Source of the DNA: Candidatus Enterousia sp.
GTDB taxonomy: Bacteria > Pseudomonadota > Alphaproteobacteria > Rs-D84
DNA: 32,488 nucleotides
Direction of reading: 5' to 3'
Assembly: GCA_045643525.1 (NCBI GenBank)
Contig: JAZUKY010000047.1
Span: 1-32,488, forward strand
This document shows, piece by piece, positions 1 through 10,000 of this stretch (the stretch's first letter is position 1; each line of letters opens with the position of its first letter). Position numbers and translations under genes: made by a program. The notes under the pieces were generated by a model. The model did no database searches, was not told where the DNA came from, and was given only the letters and a program-made list of their open reading frames with translations.

Positions 1-201
1 TGTTATATGTCCAACCTCTGAATTTCCCATGGTATTATGTGGTAACCCAACTGCAGGTCCACTGGCATCCAATACAGCGTGTGGATATTTTTGTAATAAT
101 TGGTTAAAAAATGGCATTTTAGCCATTGCAACGGCATTATGTTCTGAATTCGAACTAATACCAACACCGTCCATAATACATAAAACAACTGGTTTGGTCA
201 T
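1..201 (-). CDS. gpmI: 2,3-bisphosphoglycerate-independent phosphoglycerate mutase, first 67 codons (gene runs off the left edge)
   Basis: My own translation of the reverse strand from ATG 201-199 gives MTKPVVLCIMDGVGISSNSEHNAVAMAKMPFFNQLLQKYPHAVLDASGPAVGLPHNTMGNSEVGHIT. This carries the iPGM N-terminal signature (DGxG ... ASGxxVGLP ... MGNSEVGH). It is absent from the ORF track; the listed 3..188(-) and 29..289(+) ORFs are other frames of the same DNA. Confidence 0.85.
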   Translation of the reverse strand, partial: MTKPVVLCIMDGVGISSNSEHNAVAMAKMPFFNQLLQKYPHAVLDASGPAVGLPHNTMGNSEVGHIT

Positions 202-319
202 TAAAAAATCTCCTATTAATTCATTGCGTGGCACAATTTATCACAATCGTTTTTTAATTGCAAAAGAAAAAGAAAATTTATATAAATAAACGGAATACAA
301 TCATATAAAAAGAAATAAA

Positions 320-691
320 ATGAACAATAAACCTAATGCCGTAGATCAATATTTGGGACAACGTTTGCAATTACGTCGCACAATATTGGGATTCAGTCAA
401 AAAGATTTGGCCAATATGTGTGGTGTAACATTTCAACAAATTCAAAAATATGAAAGTGCAGAAAACCGAATATCCGCATCGCGATTATTTGAAATAGGGC
501 ATATATTATCAACGCCCATATCATTCTTTTTTGACGGGCTGTCTGATAATACAGATGAATTACATATTGACGACCCATTGAAAAAAAATGAATCCCTGCA
601 ATTAATAAAATTATTTTGGAAATTACCAACACATCAACAAATATTAATATTACAATTATTACAATCATTAAATGGTGATGATATAAAGTAA
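320..691 (+). CDS. XRE-family helix-turn-helix transcriptional regulator
   Basis: 123-aa ORF with the HTH_3 pattern LGFSQKDLANMCGVTFQQIQKYESAENRISASRLFEIGHIL. A hairpin terminator follows directly. Confidence 0.8.
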   Translation: MNNKPNAVDQYLGQRLQLRRTILGFSQKDLANMCGVTFQQIQKYESAENRISASRLFEIGHILSTPISFFFDGLSDNTDELHIDDPLKKNESLQLIKLFWKLPTHQQILILQLLQSLNGDDIK

Positions 692-692
692 T

Positions 693-720
693 AAAAAACA
701 CCCGTTTGGGTGTTTTTTTC
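693..720. terminator. Bidirectional intrinsic terminator between convergent genes
   Basis: Stem ACACCC (698-703) pairs with GGGTGT (708-713) around loop GTTT. It is flanked by an A6 run upstream and a T7 run downstream. It sits 2 nt after the XRE stop and 29 nt after the stop of the minus-strand 742.. gene. Confidence 0.7.
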
Positions 721-741
721 GCATTTACGTACAACTAATCC

Positions 742-2331
742 TTATTCTGCGGATTTGTTAACACAATTCTTGTACTCATCCGAATCTGTCTTTGTCCAAC
801 ACCAATTACTGTCAAATTTTTTTCCACCAGACGTCTTAGCATCCCCGTACAACAAATTACCTTTTTCCATTGTTTTTGCAGGTTCACATTCCTTTGTCTT
901 TGAATTATATATATTTCCTGTATCACATTTGGTGCAAACCCCATTTTCATTTGGACCATTTTTCAAATCCACCTTACAATCTGCACATGTATAATCGCCA
1001 TCTTTTGGGAAAGCCTTGTCTTTTTCTTTGCAGAAATACTTCTTACACCCACCATCTGTGGTAATATCATGAATATTCTTATTATATTTTCCACCATTAA
1101 AACCGTCACAATAACCAGCCGAAGTATTTATATTTGATGACGACTTGTCTTGGTTTGATGATTGTTCTTCTTGTTTTTTATCAGATTCTGGGGTTGTTGC
1201 CGGTGCAGGTTTACATGTACCATCATCTGCGAATCCATTTTCGCATTTTATACATTTTTTCGTATTCAAACCATCAAAACCACTTTCTGAATCGGTACAA
1301 ACAAATTTTTTACAGGTTCCATCCTTGGTCATCGTATGTTGATCGGTTTTATATAATGTATCACTGTATCCACTGCACCAATCGACCGATTTACAAACAC
1401 CATCATCACCGACCCCATTTTCGCATTCTATACATTTTTTGGTATCCAAACTGTCAAAACCCGACTTTGAGTCTTTGCACACAAATTTCTGGCATGCCCC
1501 ATCTGCCTTGGTCGTATGCAGGGTTGAATTAAATGATGTTTCACTGTATCCAGCACACCAATTAACAACGCAATCCGTTCCTGCGGAATTCGCAACATAT
1601 CTGTCGGCACATAATAATTTACTTTTGCCCGTTTCTGCAACGTTTTTTACACAACTTTTGGCTACTTTCCACCCCTCACGTTTACACTCCAATTGAATTG
1701 GCCTGGCAATAACACCATGTTTTAAATATTTTATAACCCCCAAAATAACATCAGATTCTGGATCCTTTCCCCAACTATTAAATCCCATTACATATTTTTC
1801 ACGTTCACCATTACCTTTACCATCTGTTCTTAATTTTATATTACTAAATTTTGTTGTATAATCTGTTGTATCCTCTGTTGTGCTGCCACTAACCTCTGAT
1901 GAACAATTTGATCCTGTATAACCCGATTCACACAATGTAACGCAATTGCTTACACTGCATTGACTGTTTCCACACATTGGATAATAATACTTCGTATATG
2001 AATATTGTTCTTTATCTTTATTATTGCATTGTATTTGATACGGGCAAAATTTTCCACCATGCTCATATATTGTTTCCGCCACCAATCCAACAATTGCCCC
2101 TTCATCACTGCCATATGTTCCGCTAGCAAATTTTTTACATTCTTGCGATTGGGTTGAAAAAACCTTTCCATCCATAATAAAACCACTGGCCGTACCCGTC
2201 GCAGTCGTTTCACCATTATATCCCCACCACGCCCCCGCATCCTTATTGACACTTATAGAATACGCAGAACTGTTTGGTAAAATACCACCACACAAAATAC
2301 CCAACATCATCAAATACACAGACTGTTTCAT
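742..2331 (-). CDS. Secreted Cys-rich repeat protein (CxxC-containing ~60-aa modules, EGF-like string), unknown family
   Basis: Track ORF is 742..2349 and its M is GTG. I start at ATG 2331, which has GAGGAA 10 nt upstream. Signal peptide is MKQSVYLMMLGILCGGILPNSSAYS. I hand-counted 34 Cys in the mature part. The module WC[AS]GYS..(K/T)DG.C.KFVC.DS.SGFD.L.TKKCI.CENG..DDG.CK occurs twice in tandem, with a degenerate third copy. CVTLCESGYTGSNC resembles an EGF signature. Confidence 0.75.
   Translation of the reverse strand: MKQSVYLMMLGILCGGILPNSSAYSISVNKDAGAWWGYNGETTATGTASGFIMDGKVFSTQSQECKKFASGTYGSDEGAIVGLVAETIYEHGGKFCPYQIQCNNKDKEQYSYTKYYYPMCGNSQCSVSNCVTLCESGYTGSNCSSEVSGSTTEDTTDYTTKFSNIKLRTDGKGNGEREKYVMGFNSWGKDPESDVILGVIKYLKHGVIARPIQLECKREGWKVAKSCVKNVAETGKSKLLCADRYVANSAGTDCVVNWCAGYSETSFNSTLHTTKADGACQKFVCKDSKSGFDSLDTKKCIECENGVGDDGVCKSVDWCSGYSDTLYKTDQHTMTKDGTCKKFVCTDSESGFDGLNTKKCIKCENGFADDGTCKPAPATTPESDKKQEEQSSNQDKSSSNINTSAGYCDGFNGGKYNKNIHDITTDGGCKKYFCKEKDKAFPKDGDYTCADCKVDLKNGPNENGVCTKCDTGNIYNSKTKECEPAKTMEKGNLLYGDAKTSGGKKFDSNWCWTKTDSDEYKNCVNKSAE
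1210..1560 (-). repeat. Diverged ~180-bp in-frame tandem duplication inside the Cys-rich gene (aa 264-323 and 324-380)
   Basis: The two ~60-aa protein modules align residue by residue with all Cys conserved. The underlying DNA shows matching blocks such as ccattttcgcatt[tc]tatacatttttt. Confidence 0.7.
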
Positions 2332-2355
2332 AATTGTATTGTTCCTCACGTTTAT

Positions 2356-4878
2356 TTAATTTTGTGGGGCATAACACATCGAATTTTCCCAATAACCATC
2401 CAAATCTTCACACCGTTGTGCATACCATTCATCTGTAAACTCACATGTATCGGTCTGTGAATTATATTTTGCAACGACTGTGTCACTTGTATTCCATTTA
2501 TTACATGCAACAGCCACACCGTTTTCTAAACAATATCCCCATGATGTTCGATCTGCATCGGCCCCACTATCAGCATACACCGCCAAATAGAACGCATCCA
2601 ATGTTACAGGTGCCATTCCAGAATTTGTTAACCTATTATATTCGGTTTTATTAACCCAATTTCCCCCCAATGTAGAACACGTATCCCCCAATTGTGCGGT
2701 TAATTGTTCGTATACACCGCTCAATGCCAAACGCGCCTGTTGCTGGGTAAGGGCCGGCAAATTATTAAATGTTAACTTATCCGTCGGGGTATCTGGATTA
2801 GAACAATTTTCAACCGCATACTTAGCAATTGAGCCCGCCAATGTTTTTGTTGAAATTTGATCTTTTAGACTGTTTTCCATTTCACCAGAAATTTCACCAA
2901 CTGCTAAACTACGACAATTCCATGGATATTTATTTTTGCTATCGGTCGCGGTTGGGGTACACAATTTTTCCAAATAATTGTTTATTGCCACTTCACACCC
3001 CTCGGCAGCACGCGAATCATCGACACTGTCAACAAAATTCAACAATGCTGTCAAACCGCAATTGCTGGCATTACTTTTCAAATGCCCGGCCTCATCAAAG
3101 TCACACGCTTCATTACCATTAGCGTTGCCATATAATGCGGCACATGCAACAACCTTTTCCTTACACATTGCCTTTGATGCGTATGCAGCCAGGGCACCTG
3201 CCTGTTGCGATGTTGTGTTATCAAAATCTTTTAATGCACCACTTTGTTTATCATAACATTCCCGCATTGTTGATACACAATTGCTTCTGACATCTTCGAC
3301 CTTGGATGCCTGGGCCTGGGCAATTTCAATTATTGCGGCACGTTTGAATTCATTCCATACTGTTTTCGAAATATCACGACATGTATCCAACGCCTGTGTT
3401 GCGAACATTTTACGTTGCTCCAAAAATGTATTAAATTCTGGATTGGCGTCTAAAACATCCCCACCACCATTCAAATTTATCAAATATTCTAATTTAAATA
3501 AACGTGGACTGTAAATGGGCTCGCCATTACTGATATTTACATACGCCCCAGAATAATCCAAACATTTATAATATCCCTTGCCACAGGCACCATCGTTAAA
3601 TATAGCCGTTCTGACTTTGTCTAAACAATCATTAACATCTTGGGAATTGTGATTTCTGTATTCTTCCAAGCGTGCATCACGCAACATTTTTTCGGCCTGA
3701 CGAACTGTGGCCATTGCTGTCTGTTTTGATGCATCGATTTTTTTAGCATACGCATTACAATCCTGGGTTATCATGATGCTGTATGCACTTTTAGCCATGG
3801 TTAATGTTGCATTATTTTCACATTGCTCACTTATCATCGCCACACATTGTGAATTAGATTTATTGTATAATTCTTTGCCTTCTAACGTTGTTAAATCAAC
3901 GCCAGAACTGGAAAATGCACTATTACCATCCGACAAACCACCACCAGACCAAATATCACCAATATCAGATGAAAAATCCAAAGATAATACCCCCATAGAT
4001 GTACTTGACGTAGACGATTTTGTGGTACTTTTCTTTTTACCAGACAACAAATCGCCAATTTCACTCAATAACGCTGCAGATGCACTGGTATCTTCTTTCA
4101 TTGCCGCTTCACCTGCGGTTGCAGAATACATGGCCTTTACCTCTGCTGCCGTTTTATCAACAGCATTCAAATTATTATTTTCAAAATTTTGTAATAAAAT
4201 CTTGGCCTGATCTATGGCGTCTTCCATGTCACGAAATTCTGTAAAACGATCACTGCAAAAACATCTACGATACGTATCATTTGCATTGGCACAAAATTGA
4301 TCCATACACGTCGCATATGATTCACGACATGTGGCATATGCACCACCAATTTTTGAAATATCCGAAAATACCGCCGTGGCACGTGCCTGTGATGCCCGTG
4401 ATATATTTATCGGATTTGTTGCACTACGTCCACGATTTATTCCAATTTTTGGTATTGTTAATGCAGATATTCCCGAACGAGCTGTCCCGCTATTAACAGC
4501 CACCTTGTTAACGGCAACCGATGTTGCCGCACGCGATTTTGTTCCCATAACATGAGATGTATTTTGACGCGACACCACCGAATTCGTTGTAGAACGTGTT
4601 TTTCCACTTCGATCACCGGTACCGACAACTTTGGTCGCGATACTTGTTGCCCGCCTATTTGATACAGAATGACCAGTATCGTTATTTTCCGAACGTTTGA
4701 CACTATTTCGTTGTGCTACATCACCAGCACGCCCCAAAGAATGTCCCGACACATTCCCAACCACAGACGTTGCCCCACGGGCGTTTGTATTTTGAACAGC
4801 ATTCGCATTGTTATAAACAAATGCGACGGTCGGCAAAACAAATCCCAAACAACAAATTTTACAAAGGGAACTTTTCAT
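2356..4878 (-). CDS. Large secreted protein: basic low-complexity N-region plus ~650-aa Cys-rich domain, unknown family
   Basis: Track ORF is 2356..4914 and its M is GTG. The likely start is ATG 4878, giving signal peptide MKSSLCKICCLGFVLPTVAFVYNNANA. A ~150-aa S/T/R/N-rich region follows, then a domain with 28 Cys (hand count) beginning CRESYATCMDQFCANANDTYRRCFCS. Its stop is 24 nt before the next gene's ATG. Confidence 0.75.
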   Translation of the reverse strand: MKSSLCKICCLGFVLPTVAFVYNNANAVQNTNARGATSVVGNVSGHSLGRAGDVAQRNSVKRSENNDTGHSVSNRRATSIATKVVGTGDRSGKTRSTTNSVVSRQNTSHVMGTKSRAATSVAVNKVAVNSGTARSGISALTIPKIGINRGRSATNPINISRASQARATAVFSDISKIGGAYATCRESYATCMDQFCANANDTYRRCFCSDRFTEFRDMEDAIDQAKILLQNFENNNLNAVDKTAAEVKAMYSATAGEAAMKEDTSASAALLSEIGDLLSGKKKSTTKSSTSSTSMGVLSLDFSSDIGDIWSGGGLSDGNSAFSSSGVDLTTLEGKELYNKSNSQCVAMISEQCENNATLTMAKSAYSIMITQDCNAYAKKIDASKQTAMATVRQAEKMLRDARLEEYRNHNSQDVNDCLDKVRTAIFNDGACGKGYYKCLDYSGAYVNISNGEPIYSPRLFKLEYLINLNGGGDVLDANPEFNTFLEQRKMFATQALDTCRDISKTVWNEFKRAAIIEIAQAQASKVEDVRSNCVSTMRECYDKQSGALKDFDNTTSQQAGALAAYASKAMCKEKVVACAALYGNANGNEACDFDEAGHLKSNASNCGLTALLNFVDSVDDSRAAEGCEVAINNYLEKLCTPTATDSKNKYPWNCRSLAVGEISGEMENSLKDQISTKTLAGSIAKYAVENCSNPDTPTDKLTFNNLPALTQQQARLALSGVYEQLTAQLGDTCSTLGGNWVNKTEYNRLTNSGMAPVTLDAFYLAVYADSGADADRTSWGYCLENGVAVACNKWNTSDTVVAKYNSQTDTCEFTDEWYAQRCEDLDGYWENSMCYAPQN

Positions 4879-4942
4879 TTGACATCTCTCTTTACTTATT
4901 TCAAAGGCTAGCACTTTTTACAAATTTAAATCAACCCGTATT

Positions 4943-5554
4943 TTATTCTATACAACAATTCACCGCATTTTTAACCCAATCGCCTAATTTACGAACCGTA
5001 GATTTTGATTCATTTGTTTTGGCGACCGGCGATTTAATTGCTTTTTTACTTGATTTACCATCCAACGCCACAGGGCAGGTTAACGTTGCACGTTCGTATA
5101 CTTCAGGTGCAATTTTTTGAACCCCCGTCATATCTATTAAATCCATATTAATTCCCCAGAATAATGAATATAAATCATATGCCCGATTAAACATTGCGTA
5201 TGCATCATTTGTATTACCTGCGGACAGGGCCTTGGTCCCAACCTCTATCAAACGCATGGACGCCGCCAATAAATGTTTTGAAATACACCAAACCTCGCCA
5301 TCTTCGGATGATGATTTTTTAACAATACGTGACATTAAATCTTTACGCATATCACGAACTGTATTTATCATGTCATAAAATCCCGGTTTACGGGTTTTGG
5401 CACCACTAAAAAAGAAATGCTCCTCCAAAGAAACCAAATTCATCAACGCAATTGTTAAATCTTGATCTGATGACAAATCCATCGGGTTAACTTTTTTTGA
5501 TTCATCAACCTTTTTTATCATTTCGTCCAATGTCATCTTTTTTTCTTTTTTCAT
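4943..5554 (-). CDS. Hypothetical cytoplasmic protein (203 aa)
   Basis: ATG is preceded directly by AAGGATAAGGAT. There is no signal peptide or TM segment. The termini are Lys-rich. I recognise no family. Confidence 0.7.
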   Translation of the reverse strand: MKKEKKMTLDEMIKKVDESKKVNPMDLSSDQDLTIALMNLVSLEEHFFFSGAKTRKPGFYDMINTVRDMRKDLMSRIVKKSSSEDGEVWCISKHLLAASMRLIEVGTKALSAGNTNDAYAMFNRAYDLYSLFWGINMDLIDMTGVQKIAPEVYERATLTCPVALDGKSSKKAIKSPVAKTNESKSTVRKLGDWVKNAVNCCIE

Positions 5555-5586
5555 ATCCTTATCCTTTTGTTACAAAGTGTGTATCT

Positions 5587-6135
5587 TTAACATAAATTAA
5601 TTCCAACCAACGGTAACCATTCAATTATCGCCCAAAATATCAATGTTACAATCAACAATCCACCAAACGGCATAACAACCTTTTGAAATGGGAACAGGGC
5701 GTGCCCACCATGTGCATTTTTATACCGAACATACGCACGTGCCATTATATAAAACACCACCGTTCCAACAATCGTTCCCAACATAAAACGATCAATTCCC
5801 CAAATACAATCACGATTAAAATGAACCATTGGATTGTATTTAGGCACAAAATAAACCATTGATAAAGCAATATAATATGCAAAGAAATTCACAATATACC
5901 AAAAAATATTACGAACCCCGTGTCGATGCATAAACGATGCGGTCCACATAATCAGGGATAACGTTAATCCACCGGCCCATATACCCGTTAACACATCATC
6001 AACACCCAACAAACGGGCCCCCTCTAATCCGGCACCAACCGCAACCGTACATATAGGGCAAACAGCAATTGCTGCACTGGTAATCAACGATGTAACAACC
6101 GTTGTTATTGCCGAAAACAACCAATTTTTTTTCAT
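5587..6135 (-). CDS. Small polytopic membrane protein with CPIC (CxxC) motif, unknown family
   Basis: 182 aa; the ATG is preceded by AAGGAAAGGAAAAATA. There are about five hydrophobic segments. The Cys residues are C26-P-I-C29 at the end of TM1, C109 (NRDCIWG) and the C-terminal C182. Confidence 0.75.
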   Translation of the reverse strand: MKKNWLFSAITTVVTSLITSAAIAVCPICTVAVGAGLEGARLLGVDDVLTGIWAGGLTLSLIMWTASFMHRHGVRNIFWYIVNFFAYYIALSMVYFVPKYNPMVHFNRDCIWGIDRFMLGTIVGTVVFYIMARAYVRYKNAHGGHALFPFQKVVMPFGGLLIVTLIFWAIIEWLPLVGINLC

Positions 6136-6195
6136 TATTTTTCCTTTCCTTAATACTTACTTTTTAGCAATTTTGCACAAAAAGCCCCATATGTG

Positions 6196-7050
6196 TCAAC
6201 ATGATTTTGTCACCATACGCATTCTGGCACTGCGTGCACGTGGATTTTTTTCAATTTCATCCACAGACGGCGCCACCGCAGGATGTGCCTCAAATGGTGC
6301 GGTCGCCACAATCGGCATATGTGGATCCCCCGGTACAGTTGTCCATTGGCGAAAAATGCTTTTTACAATTCTGTCTTCGATTGAATGAAATGTAACACAT
6401 ATGCATACACCCCCCGGACGTAATAATCTGGGAACACAGCCTAATGCAGTACGAATTTGTCCCATTTCATCATTGACCGCAATACGTAATGCCTGAAACA
6501 CGGGTGCAATATCACGTGGATTATGAATTAAATCACGTAATTTAAATGTGGTATCTGGTGCCTTTTTTTTAATTTCTGTTGCCAAGTGCATTGCACCATG
6601 AATATCACCATAATCACGTAAAATACTTGCAATTTCTGCTGTGGATAACGTGTTTATCAAATCTGCCGCCGTTTGACCATCACCAGACATCCGCATATCC
6701 AACGGTCCATCCCCCCTAAATGAAAAACCACGTTCTGGTTCATCAATTTGCATAGACGAGATTCCCAAATCAAATACGACCGCATCACAAGATTCATCAT
6801 CCAACTGTTCCATTGCTGTAAATGTTTTTGGAATAAATGAAAAACGTCCCGTGAACTGTCCAACAAGGGCCTTGGCCTCAGTTTCAACATGCGGATCCCT
6901 ATCAAAAGCGATTACATTAGCCCCACACGATAAAAATGCACGCGAATAACCACCCGCCCCAAATGTCGCATCAATTATGGTTTTGTTTTGGATATTTCCC
7001 AAACCCTTTATCACAGATTCTAATAAAACCGGAATATGTTGCAACGTCAT
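6196..7050 (-). CDS. rsmH: 16S rRNA (cytosine1402-N4)-methyltransferase
   Basis: Motifs HIPVLL, DATFGAGGYS, FDRDP, DLGISSMQID, GPLDMRM, FQALRIAVNDE and HSIEDRIVK are present. Confidence 0.9.
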   Translation of the reverse strand: MTLQHIPVLLESVIKGLGNIQNKTIIDATFGAGGYSRAFLSCGANVIAFDRDPHVETEAKALVGQFTGRFSFIPKTFTAMEQLDDESCDAVVFDLGISSMQIDEPERGFSFRGDGPLDMRMSGDGQTAADLINTLSTAEIASILRDYGDIHGAMHLATEIKKKAPDTTFKLRDLIHNPRDIAPVFQALRIAVNDEMGQIRTALGCVPRLLRPGGVCICVTFHSIEDRIVKSIFRQWTTVPGDPHMPIVATAPFEAHPAVAPSVDEIEKNPRARSARMRMVTKSC

Positions 7051-10000
7051 TCTATATTTACCCTTATTCCCAATCCAACAAAGTCATTCGCCGTATTCGT
7101 TCCCAATTCAACCCCGTTTGGCAATGTTATTGTTGCAACCCTGTCACCAGTATGCAAATTTAAAATTACCTTCGTCATTCCATGCGGCAACGTATCCAAA
7201 GCCTTTTTCACATCCGTCAAAACCGCCTGATTATAAATTTCCAATGTTATACGACGGGCAATTTTTGCAATCCATTGCGATAATGGTATTATTGAATCAA
7301 CAAAAACAGAAACACGTTCATCACGATTTGATGTTTTTCCAGATATTAAAACGACACTGTCTGATGATAGAATTTGACTGAATGTTGCTGCAGATTCTCC
7401 AAATGCAATAGCATCTATATTTCCAAAACTATCCGACGCATTTATCGTTATCATATCTTTGCCGGATTTGGTTTTACGACGTGAAAAAGATCCAACATTA
7501 GCGGCAATCTGAACCGGTTTACGATCACCAAAGTCAGCCAAAGTGGCACTAGTAGCCAATTTTGCCTGTGCAATTAAATTTTTATACTGATCCAACGGAT
7601 GGGCCGATATATAAAATCCCAATGCAGACAATTCATTTTCCAAACGCTGGGCAAATGTCCATGGTTCTGTTGCCAATAAACTTTTTAGTAATCTATTTTC
7701 ACTAACATCACCTTCGACAGTATTCGCAAATAGCGACAACAAATTACCACCATCACGTGATTTTGATGCATATGATAAAATAGCATCGGCATTCATAAAT
7801 ATTTTTGCACGATTTGGTTCCAAAGAATCCAAAACACCGACCTTGGCAAATGCTTCTAATATACGCTTATTAATAATTGGTGCACAACGTTTTGCAAAAT
7901 CTGTTATATTCTTGAATTTACCATTTTTATTTCGTTCTGAAACAATTGCATCGGTTGCAACTGTACCAACCCCCTTAATCGCAGCTAAACCGTATATAAT
8001 CTTGCCATCACGTACCGTAAACAAAGATTCACTCTGGTTTATATCTGGTGCGACGATTGGTATATTAAAGTTTGTTTTGGCATCGTCAACAAATATCGCC
8101 AATTGATCTGTATCATTCAGATTACTGGACATTGATGCTGCTAAAAATTCAGGTGTATAGTTTGCTTTTAAATATGCACACTGATTTGCAACAATTGAAT
8201 ACGCAATTGCGTGCGATTTATTAAAAGCATATTTTGCAAATTCTTTGAACTGTTCCCATAATTTTTTTGCGGTATCACGATCCAATGTCTGTTCTTTTTC
8301 ACATCCTTCGAAAAATTGTCCCTCCAATTCATTCAATTTTTCAATTAATTTTTTTCCCATAGCCTTTCGCACAGTATCGGATTGTCCACGTGTAAATCCG
8401 GCCAAAGCACGGGTTAATTGCATAACTTGTTCCTGATAAACAATGATACCATACGTTTCTTTTAATATAGGTTCTGCCTTTGGATGGACATATTCTATTT
8501 TTTCTTCACCATGCATACGGGCAATAAATTGCGGTATAAAGGCAATTGGTCCAGGGCGGTTTAATGCATTTAATGCGGATATTTCCAAGAAACTGGTTGG
8601 GTGCATTTTTCGCAATGTCTGTTGAACAAATTGTGCATCAAATTGAAATATGCCCTCAGTTAAACCACGTTGCCACAAATCCATAGTTTTAGCATCATCA
8701 ACTGGAATTTTATCTAAATCTATGTTAATACCACGGGTTTGTTGAATCAATTTTACTGCATATTTCAACACAACCAGGGTTTCCAACCCTAAAAAGTCAA
8801 ATTTTATCAATCCAGCAGATTCCAAATAATGTCCATCAAATTGACATGATGGCAATGGATTCGCAGGATCCCGATAAACGGGGGCTATTTTTGTTGTGGG
8901 CCTGTCACCAATAACAACCCCACACGCATGTTGCCCCAAATTACGAATTGACCCCTCTAATGCTTCGGCCACATTAACAACCTTGTTCATATCATCATCA
9001 GTTGCCAAAATATCTTGTATTTCATCGGATGAATCCACCGCGTCTTTTAGTGTTTTTGCCTCTTGTGGAATCAATTTTGATAAACGATCTGATTTAGAAT
9101 AGGGGATACCGTACACACGGCCAATATCACGAATTGCACCACGTGCCTGTAAACTGCCAAATGTAATAATACGGCAAACAGAATCATGACCGTATTTATC
9201 ACATATATACGCCAATACCCGTTCGATACCGGTGGGTTCAAAATCAACGTCAAAATCCGGCATTGATATACGATCTGGATTTAAGAAACGTTCAAACAAT
9301 AATCCATACTTTAATGGATTAACGTGGGTAATTCCCAATGCCCACGCAACAATAGATCCGGCCCCTGAACCACGTCCCGGTCCTGTTAACACATCATTGT
9401 TTCTGCACCATTGAATATAATCCGCAACAATCAAAAAATACCCAGGGAAGCCCATACCTATGATGACCCCCAATTCAAATTCGGCCTGTTCGTAATAGGG
9501 TGCAGTATCCGTAATATTTTGTTCTTGCAAACGCTGTGCCAAACCATCCATCGTATTTTTACGCAACATCGCACATTCTGCCTCTAAATCGTCACCAAAA
9601 CGGGGCAACAGGGGCTTTTCATGAACATTAACCATAAAACCACAACGATTTGCAATATGCACTGTATTTTCAATTGCCTCCGGTAAATCAGAAAACAATT
9701 CCGACATTTCTGCTGACGATTTAAAATATTGTTCTGATGATTTTCGGGCACGTTCTGGATCAATAACCTTGGTTTGCCCTAATACACAACTTAACGCGTC
9801 TGCGGCCTCGTAATCTTCAGCAGCCCCAAATGCGGCATTATTTGTTGCAACAATCGGTATATTTAATTCACGTGCCAGCTTTAAAAACATCGGTTCTGTT
9901 TTTATTTCATCCGTTAAACCATGACGTTGAATTTCCATATAAAATCTGTCACCAAAAACACCAACAAATTTTTGAGCGAACGTTTTTGCCAAATCATCCT

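Noticed and set aside
3-289. Track ORFs 3..188(-) and 29..289(+)
   Set aside because: Both are alternative frames over the genuine gpmI N-terminus (1..201, minus strand), which has an unmistakable iPGM signature.
4943-4957. C-terminal CCIE of the 203-aa protein as a CaaX-type prenylation box (a host-modified effector signal)
   Set aside because: The a1 residue is Cys and the terminal X is Glu, which is not a preferred farnesyl- or geranylgeranyl-transferase specificity residue. I see no polybasic logic beyond general Lys-richness. The evidence is too weak to claim.
3707-5120. + strand ORFs 3707..4210, 4020..4244, 4281..4555, 4669..4911 and 4713..5120
   Set aside because: All are antisense to the 840-aa and 203-aa minus-strand genes. 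None has a start context or recognisable motif.
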